From positions 1 through 31,325 of the IMG/VR virus record IMGVR_UViG_3300050143_000043: a stretch of DNA of 31,325 nt, one strand, 5' to 3'. The notes beneath the pieces were generated by a model, which worked only from the letters and a program-made list of their open reading frames with translations, had not been told where the DNA came from and did not search any database. Source of the stretch: a virus (Duplodnaviria; Caudoviricetes). Below, in pieces: positions 24,562 through 31,325 of the stretch. The translations under genes were made by a program, and so were the position numbers. How positions within the stretch are numbered: the stretch's first letter is position 1; every line of letters starts with the position of its first letter.

Positions 24562-26190
24562 ATGAGTTTTGAGCGCATCTTGACTGCGATTGCCGTGGCT
24601 GCGCAGGCTGCTCCCCCGCGCTATCGCATCGTGGCGATTTTGGGGCAGTCAAACTCTGTGAGCTATGGTGCATATGACGGCGCTGCTGATGCTGTCGATG
24701 CCCGCGTACTGCAGTACGGCGGCATTGCCGGCGAGCCAGCTACATACCGCCAGATCGTTCCAGTCAATGGGCCTCTGCGACAGCCAAACATTACTTACAA
24801 CCCATCTCAGACCAACTTTAACGGCATCGGCCATTCATTTGGGCAGGCCTATCTTGGGCAGCTTGGCAGTGGCGAGAAGGTTTTGCTGGTGCCGTGTGCA
24901 GTGGGCGGCATGGCGATCTTGGGCGGCGTGCGTTCGTGGTGCCCAGCAGGTGGCCGTGATTTTGAATTTGCGGTCAGCCAAGTGGCCGGTGCTCTGGCCG
25001 CTGCGCAGGCGGTTTACCCCGGTTCGTACATCGATGGCGCCATCATCATCCAGGGCGAGTCTGACGGCGATGCAGGTATCACCCAGGCCCAATACGCTGC
25101 CGCCAGCGGGGCACTCATGGCTGAGTTTCGCCAACGCACTGGCGCGGCCAATGCCTGGTTTGTTTGGGGCTCCATGGTTCCGGAGGCTATCGCCAATCGC
25201 GGTGGGTCCATCCAACAGATTGACCTTGCACACAAGGCCATTCCGACGACGATCCCGCGAACCGCATTTGTCTCAGGCATCAGCGGTCAGACTGCTGACA
25301 ACCTGCACTACCTGGCGCCAGCGGTGCGAACGATGGGCGCCAACATGGCCGCTGCGGTGTCCACGGCCATTGCCAACACCTCGCCAGTCGTGCCTGCTGA
25401 GCCTGCCGCCGTGACCCTGTCGAGCACGGCTCAAACGTCATCGCGAATCGATCTGTCGTGGACGGCTGCCAGTGGCACCTCTGATTACATCGTCGAGTAC
25501 AAGCGTACTGTCGATGCGACATGGCAGGTCTACGCTGACGCCATCGGCGCCACAACCAGTACCTCAATCACAGGACTGTCATCGGGTACGGCCTACGAAT
25601 TCCAAGTTTTTGCCTACAACGCGGGTGGTGTTGGGCCTGCATCCAATACGCTGACAGTCAGCACTCAGGCTGCGGCAGCCCAGGTTGTCCGCATGCAGAC
25701 CCTGGCCAACGTGATTGAGTCGGGATCTGCTGCAAATTGGGGTTATGCCTGGTCTGCCGGCAACCTCAACACGTCGATTGCCAACAGCCCAACCCCAGTG
25801 GCGGCAGCAAACGCAGACTTTGTGTTGAGCGCCCGCCTCGCTGGAGTAGCAGCAAGTGGATCAAGTGTGTTTGGTGTGCACACGGACGCCACAGCCACGG
25901 CTTATAGCGGCATGGCTCATGGTGTGTACAACAACACCGGCACGGGCAAATGGTCGGTCATTACTGGCGGCGCTACCGGTGTGACCCCATCCGGCAGCGC
26001 AAACATCGCGGCCACAGTTGGTGACATCGCGCGATACAGCAAAACAGGCACGACGCTCGTTGCTGAGATCTCCAAAGACAGCGGCGCCACGTGGACCAAT
26101 CTGCACACGTGGGCTGGTGCAACCGCCCGCGTCCCTGTCTTGGGCTTCGGCGCATCGGGCGCGGCCATCGACACTATTTCGCTGCTGTAA
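24562..26190 (+). CDS. SGNH carbohydrate esterase (sialate O-acetylesterase/DUF303-like) with a fibronectin type III domain and a C-terminal beta domain
   Basis: ILGQSN, IIQGESDG and DNLHY catalytic blocks; FN3 motifs IDLSWTA, YIVEYK and ITGLSSGTAYEFQVFAYN. Confidence 0.85.
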   Translation: MSFERILTAIAVAAQAAPPRYRIVAILGQSNSVSYGAYDGAADAVDARVLQYGGIAGEPATYRQIVPVNGPLRQPNITYNPSQTNFNGIGHSFGQAYLGQLGSGEKVLLVPCAVGGMAILGGVRSWCPAGGRDFEFAVSQVAGALAAAQAVYPGSYIDGAIIIQGESDGDAGITQAQYAAASGALMAEFRQRTGAANAWFVWGSMVPEAIANRGGSIQQIDLAHKAIPTTIPRTAFVSGISGQTADNLHYLAPAVRTMGANMAAAVSTAIANTSPVVPAEPAAVTLSSTAQTSSRIDLSWTAASGTSDYIVEYKRTVDATWQVYADAIGATTSTSITGLSSGTAYEFQVFAYNAGGVGPASNTLTVSTQAAAAQVVRMQTLANVIESGSAANWGYAWSAGNLNTSIANSPTPVAAANADFVLSARLAGVAASGSSVFGVHTDATATAYSGMAHGVYNNTGTGKWSVITGGATGVTPSGSANIAATVGDIARYSKTGTTLVAEISKDSGATWTNLHTWAGATARVPVLGFGASGAAIDTISLL

Positions 26191-26205
26191 ATGAGTGAGT
26201 GACTC

Positions 26206-27408
26206 ATGAAAACCTACACCGTCCAAGACCGATATGCGATCACCTCGCGCACGGTCACGCCGGAGGGCTATCTGGTCGCGCCTGGCGTGTTGGCCCGCAC
26301 CGGGGTGCAGGAGTACCGGGCTTACGAGCTCGGCCTGCACACCGAGGGCATCAACCCGCTCAAGGTGATCCGGCTGCACCGGCCTGCTGAAGAGGTCTTC
26401 GACCCTGAAAGCATGCGCTCTTTCGAGAGCAAGCCGGTCACGATCGAGCACCCCATCGAGCAGGTCACAGCTGAGAACTGGCGCGAGCTGGGTGTCGGCG
26501 AGGTGCGTGATGTGGCCCGCGATGGCGAGCGCATGGCCGCTGTGGTCATCCTCAAAGACAAGGCCGCGATTGAGGCCCTGCAGTCAGGCAAGCACGAGCT
26601 TTCCAACGGCTACAGCTTTTCACTGGACATGACGCCTGGCACGACCGCAGATGGTCGGCCCTATGACGGCGTGCAACGAAACATCCGAGGCAACCACGTC
26701 GCACTGGTGGATGCGGCCCGCTGTGGATCAGCGTGCCGAATTGCCGATTCTCAACCTGAAGAACCGAAAGGAATCACGATGCCCGAAGCTACGCGCAAGG
26801 TCGTCATCGATGGCATCACGCTGGAGGTGGGTGACACCGCAGCGTCGGCCATCGAGAGCCTGACCAAGCAACGCGACGACGCCCGCACTGAGCTGGCGAC
26901 CCTGCAACCCAAAGCCGCCGAGGCCGCTGGCCTGAAGGTGGCCCTGGACAAGGCCAACGCCGACATCGAGGTGCTGCGCAAGGACGTCATGACGCCCGAA
27001 GCCCGCGATGCCATGGTGGCCGACTGGACCAAGCTGATTGGCGATGCCAAGCGCCTGGTGCCCGAGATCGTCACCGACGGCAAGACCTGCCTGGCCATCC
27101 GCCGCGAGGTCGTGGGTGTCCTGGTTGCCAATGACGGCACCGCCAAGGCTGTGGCCGAGGCCGTGCTGGCTGGCAAGACGCTGGAGGCCGCCGACGCCGA
27201 CACGCTGCGCGCTGCCTTCAACGTGCTGGCCGCCTCGATCAGCACCACGGTGGACGACGCCGAGAGCCGCGCCAACGATGCCGCCCTGGCTGCAGCCCTG
27301 ACCAAGGGTGAAGGCCAAGGCAACGCCAGCAAGGGCCCGGTTCTGACTGGCCGCGATGCATTCATGCATCGCCAGTCCAAAGCCTGGCAGACCGGCGCCA
27401 ACCGCTGA
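26206..27408 (+). CDS. DUF2213-family prohead protease/scaffold protein
   Basis: TPEGYL, LARTGVQEY, PVTIEHP, ELSNGY and QRNIRGNHVALVDAARCG, then a helical C-terminus. Confidence 0.9.
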   Translation: MKTYTVQDRYAITSRTVTPEGYLVAPGVLARTGVQEYRAYELGLHTEGINPLKVIRLHRPAEEVFDPESMRSFESKPVTIEHPIEQVTAENWRELGVGEVRDVARDGERMAAVVILKDKAAIEALQSGKHELSNGYSFSLDMTPGTTADGRPYDGVQRNIRGNHVALVDAARCGSACRIADSQPEEPKGITMPEATRKVVIDGITLEVGDTAASAIESLTKQRDDARTELATLQPKAAEAAGLKVALDKANADIEVLRKDVMTPEARDAMVADWTKLIGDAKRLVPEIVTDGKTCLAIRREVVGVLVANDGTAKAVAEAVLAGKTLEAADADTLRAAFNVLAASISTTVDDAESRANDAALAAALTKGEGQGNASKGPVLTGRDAFMHRQSKAWQTGANR

Positions 27409-27448
27409 GCACAGCCCTATCCACATCTGAATCTGAAGGAGAGACGCA

Positions 27449-27949
27449 ATGTCCAAACCTGACCTGAGTTCCTACGGCGGTCGCTTGCGCGACCTGGGCT
27501 ATGCCGGCGAGATCGTCGATCTCAACAGCTCTGACATCGACAGCAAGATCAACGACCAAGCCACCGCTGTCGACTTCGGCGTGTTCGTGGCTCGCTCAGC
27601 TGCCGATGGCACCTGCAAGGCCCCAGCAGCCGACGCCGACATCCTGCTGGGCCTGTCGGTTCGCCATGCCATCCGGCCCGCCGACTCGTCCAACAACGTC
27701 ACGTACGCCAAGAACGACGCAGTGCCCTTCCTCAAGACGGGCTTCCTGTACGTGACGGCGTATGAGAACGCCACGCGCGGCGACACCGCCATCAGCGTGA
27801 CCGCTCAAAACGGCAAGGTCGGTTCGACCACGGGCGGTGCCGCTGGCACTGGCCGTATCGCAGCCGACGGCACAGGCAACAAGCCCAAGGTGATCTGGGA
27901 AACCACGACCACCGCGGGCTCCATCGGCATCGTCCGCATCGTCTCGTAA
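27449..27949 (+). CDS. Capsid decoration/cement protein
   Basis: 166 aa, Gly/Ala/Thr-rich; between scaffold and capsid genes; AAGGAG RBS. Confidence 0.8.
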   Translation: MSKPDLSSYGGRLRDLGYAGEIVDLNSSDIDSKINDQATAVDFGVFVARSAADGTCKAPAADADILLGLSVRHAIRPADSSNNVTYAKNDAVPFLKTGFLYVTAYENATRGDTAISVTAQNGKVGSTTGGAAGTGRIAADGTGNKPKVIWETTTTAGSIGIVRIVS

Positions 27950-27971
27950 GCAGTCCGCACCCCACAAACAC

Positions 27972-27999
27972 AAGCCGCCTTCGGGCGGCTTTTTCTTTT
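27972..27999 (+). terminator. Rho-independent terminator between the decoration and capsid genes
   Basis: AAGCCGCC-TTCG-GGCGGCTT-TTTCTTTT. Confidence 0.8.
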
Positions 28000-28016
28000 C
28001 CAGAAAGGGAATTGAA

Positions 28017-29051
28017 ATGCCCAAGCAAATTATTCTGGGTGACGGCCGTGCAGTGCACGTCGACGAAGCCCGCTTCAATGCCTTCGATGGCATCCGCCCC
28101 GAGTTGGCCCGCCGCCTCGCCACCGATGGCCCTATCGTGGGCCGCGATGCGCAAGAGGCCATGGCCTTCCTGGTCTCGCAGCTGGCCTACACCGAGGGTC
28201 AGGTTTTCGAGCGCCAGTACCAGCCCATGCAGTACGAGCAGCTGCTGCCCATCAGCTACGAGGCTGGCGAGTACGCTGACACGATCCGCTACGAGATCTA
28301 CGACTACGCCGGTCGCGGCAAGCGCACCAGCGGCAAGGGCAAGGACATCAACCTGGTCGATGTCGCCTACGCTGACAAGTCGTTCATCGTGGCCAACGGT
28401 AACGTGGGCTATGACTACACGACCGAAGAGCTGCGCCGCACTGCCTTCTTGCGCCGCCCCATCAGCGAGCGCAAGAGCGCTGCCGCCTTCGAGGCTTATC
28501 AGCGACACATGAACGATGTGGGCTTGTTCGGCGAGTCCTCGTCTGGCTTCACTGGCTTGTTCAACAACGCCAACGTGCCCCAAGGCAATGCGCCCACCGG
28601 TGGCTGGGGCTCGGCAACGCCCGACAACATCCTGGCCGACATCAACAGCCTGATCCAGAACGTGTGGACCAACACGGCCTACAACGATCAGGTCACCGAC
28701 ATCGTGATCGCCCCCGGCGCGTTCAGCACGATCTCGTTCAAGCCGCGTTCGACCACGTCGGACACGACCATCTTGAACTTCATCAAGCAGAACAACATCG
28801 CCAAGGTGCAACGCGGCATCGACATCAACTTCACGCCCGGCTACGGCCTGGACACTGCCGGTAACGGCAGCACTCGCCGCATGGTGGGCTACGTGAAGTC
28901 CGACACCCGCCTGGTGATGCACGTGCCTCTGCCGCTGCGCTTCCTGGCGCCTCAGATGATCGGCTTGTCCGTGCAGGTGCCCGGTGAGTACAAGTACTCG
29001 GGCGTGGAGTTCCGCTATCCCAAGAGCGCGTACTACTCCGACGGCATCTGA
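28017..29051 (+). CDS. Major capsid protein (DUF2184 family)
   Basis: 344 aa; FLVSQL, GYDYTTEEL, GLFNNANV and GVEFRYP; position in the head module. Confidence 0.9.
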   Translation: MPKQIILGDGRAVHVDEARFNAFDGIRPELARRLATDGPIVGRDAQEAMAFLVSQLAYTEGQVFERQYQPMQYEQLLPISYEAGEYADTIRYEIYDYAGRGKRTSGKGKDINLVDVAYADKSFIVANGNVGYDYTTEELRRTAFLRRPISERKSAAAFEAYQRHMNDVGLFGESSSGFTGLFNNANVPQGNAPTGGWGSATPDNILADINSLIQNVWTNTAYNDQVTDIVIAPGAFSTISFKPRSTTSDTTILNFIKQNNIAKVQRGIDINFTPGYGLDTAGNGSTRRMVGYVKSDTRLVMHVPLPLRFLAPQMIGLSVQVPGEYKYSGVEFRYPKSAYYSDGI

Positions 29052-29078
29052 TCGGTCGATTGATCGGCTGATGCACTG

Positions 29079-29106
29079 AACGGGCGGCCGAGCGGCTGCC
29101 CGTTTT
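29079..29106 (+). terminator. Hairpin/weak terminator after the capsid gene
   Basis: AACGGGCGGCC-GAGC-GGCTGCCCGTT-TT. Confidence 0.6.
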
Positions 29107-29132
29107 CAACACCCCAACATCTGGAGAGCCAC

Positions 29133-29408
29133 ATGGCCAAGATCCAACTGGAAAACATCCGCGAGCACGACCTGACCATCTCCGGCCTGAACGAGGCTGG
29201 TGAGCTCGTGCAAGTGAGCATCCCCGCCGCCCGCCTGTCCAATGGCGGCACCGGCGACATCATCAAGGGCGTGGCCGAAGCCGACGACGCCTTTGTCGAA
29301 GCCATGCGCAAGAAGTCGCCCGTGGTGGCCCATTTCTTCGGCGAAGGCTGGCTCACGGTTGCCAAGACTGAAACCGGCAAGGCCAAGGCCAAGGCTGCAG
29401 CGGAGTAA
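29133..29408 (+). CDS. Hypothetical head-module protein
   Basis: 91 aa; GGAG RBS. Confidence 0.75.
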   Translation: MAKIQLENIREHDLTISGLNEAGELVQVSIPAARLSNGGTGDIIKGVAEADDAFVEAMRKKSPVVAHFFGEGWLTVAKTETGKAKAKAAAE

Positions 29409-29414
29409 GGGGCC

Positions 29415-29780
29415 GTGACGCCGGACGAATTCCGCCAGCGGTTCCCGGAGTTCGCTGGCGCAGACACCACCCGCCTGCAGCGATTGATTGACGATGCGAC
29501 GCCGCATCTCGATGTCGACCGCTGGGGCGACTTCTACATTCAGGGCTTGAGCTACTTGGTCGCGCACTACGCTGCCATGACGGCGGCCATGAGCAGGCGC
29601 CAGCTGGTCAACGACCCCGAAGACGACGCCATCATGAAGAAGGCGGGCGACTCTGAAATCAAGTGGTCGGAGAAGGTCGCAGTGCTGCAGATCACCAAGA
29701 GCACTTTGGTGTCCACGCCCTACGGCCAGCAGTACATGACCTTGCGCAAGCTGATCGGACTCGGAGGCGTTTCGGTATGA
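29415..29780 (+). CDS. Head-tail adaptor (DUF4054-like)
   Basis: FRQRFPEF, YLVAHY and STPYGQQY. Confidence 0.85.
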   Translation: MTPDEFRQRFPEFAGADTTRLQRLIDDATPHLDVDRWGDFYIQGLSYLVAHYAAMTAAMSRRQLVNDPEDDAIMKKAGDSEIKWSEKVAVLQITKSTLVSTPYGQQYMTLRKLIGLGGVSV

Positions 29781-30115
29781 GCTTCCTGTACCCGCGAACC
29801 ATTGCCATCACCCGGCCCACCCAGGCCGGGACCGTGGGCGCTGTGGGCTATGGCGGGCAGGTGCCCAGCACCGAGGAACCCGTGGCCGATGGCATCGCCG
29901 CCAGCATCCAACTCAAGCGAGACGGACGCCAGCCGCGCGCCGACCTGCCGGGCGACGTTCACCTGACCGAGTGGCGAATCATGTTCAAGGGCGCGCGCGA
30001 CCTCGTGCAGGCCCGAGACGTGATCACGGACGATCTGGGCGTGCGCTACCAAGTGCAAGCCCCTTACTGGAACTCGCTGGGCTACAACTGCCTGTGCGAG
30101 CGCCTGGGAACTTGA
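29777..30115 (+). CDS. Putative head closure/completion protein
   Basis: ATGA overlap at 29777; 112 aa; RDVITDDLGVRYQV; position after the adaptor. Confidence 0.75.
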   Translation: MSFLYPRTIAITRPTQAGTVGAVGYGGQVPSTEEPVADGIAASIQLKRDGRQPRADLPGDVHLTEWRIMFKGARDLVQARDVITDDLGVRYQVQAPYWNSLGYNCLCERLGT

Positions 30116-30118
30116 GCC

Positions 30119-30973
30119 ATGGCTGATCTGTCCGACGTGTCGGCCACCCTGGTGCAGCTGGTGGCGTCCATCGTCTACCCGCAAGGGGTCAACGCCCCAT
30201 CCATCGCTGGCGTGCCGGTCAAGGTGTTCGAAGGCTGGCCTCTGCCGGCGCAGCTGGACGCGGATCTGGCCGCTGGCGCCTGCCAGGTGTCGGTCTACCC
30301 GCTACCCGGTGGCGAGACGCTCACGACGCGCTACCTCAACGATGGCGAGTCGGTCCTGTCCATCAACACCGCCACGCTGTCCCTGATCGTCGGCGGCCAG
30401 ACGGTGACGCTCACGGGCACGGCGCCCACCCCTGAGAACCCGCAGGTGCTCATGGTGGTGGTCAACGGGCAAGCCTACGACCACGCGGTTTCGGTCTCCG
30501 AGACGCTGCCCCAGGCCATGGCTGCATTGGGCGCCAAGGTGGCCGCCGATGTGCCGGGCACGGTCGTGGCAGGCCCTGTGATGACGCTGCCCGATGGCGC
30601 CCGCCTGACTGCTGCGCGTGTGGCTGTCACGGGCACCTACAGCGAAGACGTGCGCCGCCAGTCGCGCAGCTTCCAGATCACGATCTGGGCGCCAGACCCG
30701 GCCAAGCGCACCGCGCTGGCCAAGCCCATCGACATCGCGCTGGCCAAAGCCAAGTTTCTGCAGCTGCCCGACCAGAAGGCCCGCATGCTCTACAAGAGCA
30801 CGGGCGTGATGGACAACGCCCAGAAAGACGGCCTGTACCGGCGCGACCTGATTTACAGCGTCGAGTACGCCACCACGGAGATCACGACCACCACCACGGT
30901 GGCCTCTCAGACGGTGGCAATCACGCCTCAAGACCAGACGGCCCCGCCGTTCACCCAAACCCTTCACTTTTGA
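30119..30973 (+). CDS. Putative neck/tail completion protein
   Basis: 284 aa; VFEGWP, FQITIWAP and LYRRDLIYSVEY; precedes the sheath. Confidence 0.75.
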   Translation: MADLSDVSATLVQLVASIVYPQGVNAPSIAGVPVKVFEGWPLPAQLDADLAAGACQVSVYPLPGGETLTTRYLNDGESVLSINTATLSLIVGGQTVTLTGTAPTPENPQVLMVVVNGQAYDHAVSVSETLPQAMAALGAKVAADVPGTVVAGPVMTLPDGARLTAARVAVTGTYSEDVRRQSRSFQITIWAPDPAKRTALAKPIDIALAKAKFLQLPDQKARMLYKSTGVMDNAQKDGLYRRDLIYSVEYATTEITTTTTVASQTVAITPQDQTAPPFTQTLHF

Positions 30974-30985
30974 GGACAGCCAGCC

Positions 30986-31141
30986 ATGAAGCTGATCGTC
31001 TCCATCCCGTTTGCAGCCTTTGAAAAGGGCGCCGAGATCACCGACCCGCACCTGATCGACGAGATCCTGGCCAGCGAGCAGCAGGCCAACGTGGTCAAGG
31101 TGGCCGACCCTGGCCCCGAGACCGGGCCTGACGCGCCCTGA
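30986..31141 (+). CDS. Small hypothetical protein (51 aa)
   Basis: GAGGA RBS; manual translation MKLIVSIPFAAFEKGAEITDPHLIDEILASEQQANVVKVADPGPETGPDAP. Confidence 0.65.
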   Translation: MKLIVSIPFAAFEKGAEITDPHLIDEILASEQQANVVKVADPGPETGPDAP

Positions 31142-31163
31142 TTGACCTCAGACCCCCGAACGC

Positions 31164-31186
31164 ACCGCCCTTGAGGCGGTTTTTTC
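31164..31186 (+). terminator. Rho-independent terminator before the sheath gene
   Basis: ACCGCC-CTTGA-GGCGGT-TTTTT. Confidence 0.7.
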
Positions 31187-31208
31187 TTGCCCAAACGAAG
31201 GAGGCGCC

Positions 31209-31325
31209 ATGCCTGTCGTCCAGCAGGGTTCGATCAACACCACCGCGTTGATCGTTCCAGACCTTTACGTCCAGATCGTCCCGCCCAGCGTCTCGCTGCT
31301 CAATGGTGTGCCCACCAACGTGCTT
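31209..31325 (+). CDS. Tail sheath protein, N-terminus (truncated by the window end)
   Basis: AAGGAGG RBS; MPVVQQGSINTTALIVPDLYVQIVPP resembles the sheath N-terminal P-x-Y-V-x-I motif. Confidence 0.7.
   Translation, partial: MPVVQQGSINTTALIVPDLYVQIVPPSVSLLNGVPTNVL

Larger units (their letters stand above)
1..31325. mobile_element. Temperate (lambdoid-organisation) phage/prophage segment, probably with a contractile tail; both ends lie outside the window
   Basis: Continuous phage gene order: early/recombination genes, divergent cI-cro, replication, terminase, portal, capsid, neck, sheath. No host housekeeping gene seen. Confidence 0.95.

Overview
A GC-rich segment of a lambdoid-type temperate phage or prophage. 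A betaproteobacterial host is my inference from gene content only; no integrase or att site is in the window. From left to right: (1) a leftward early operon (about 4-10300) with a DUF4406-like gene, a C5 cytosine methyltransferase, a complete diversity-generating retroelement (DGR), an Rmf-like protein, RecT and a YqaJ exonuclease; (2) an immunity region with pL, a lipoprotein, cI, three 24-bp-spaced operators and cro; (3) a rightward replication region with an adenine-type methyltransferase, an initiator, a DnaC-like loader, RusA and a Q-position gene; (4) a pR'/tR'-like late promoter; (5) the morphogenesis operon from terminase to the start of the tail sheath, with an inserted HNH gene and a collagen/esterase-FN3 module. 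The highlight is the DGR. One AAC-rich template repeat (4457-4550) matches two variable repeats (5096-5187 and 5581-5674), and all 24 mismatches fall at template adenines. The two targets are small, apparently cytoplasmic DUF1566/C-type-lectin-like early proteins, not tail fibres. Family names come from motif recognition, not database searches.
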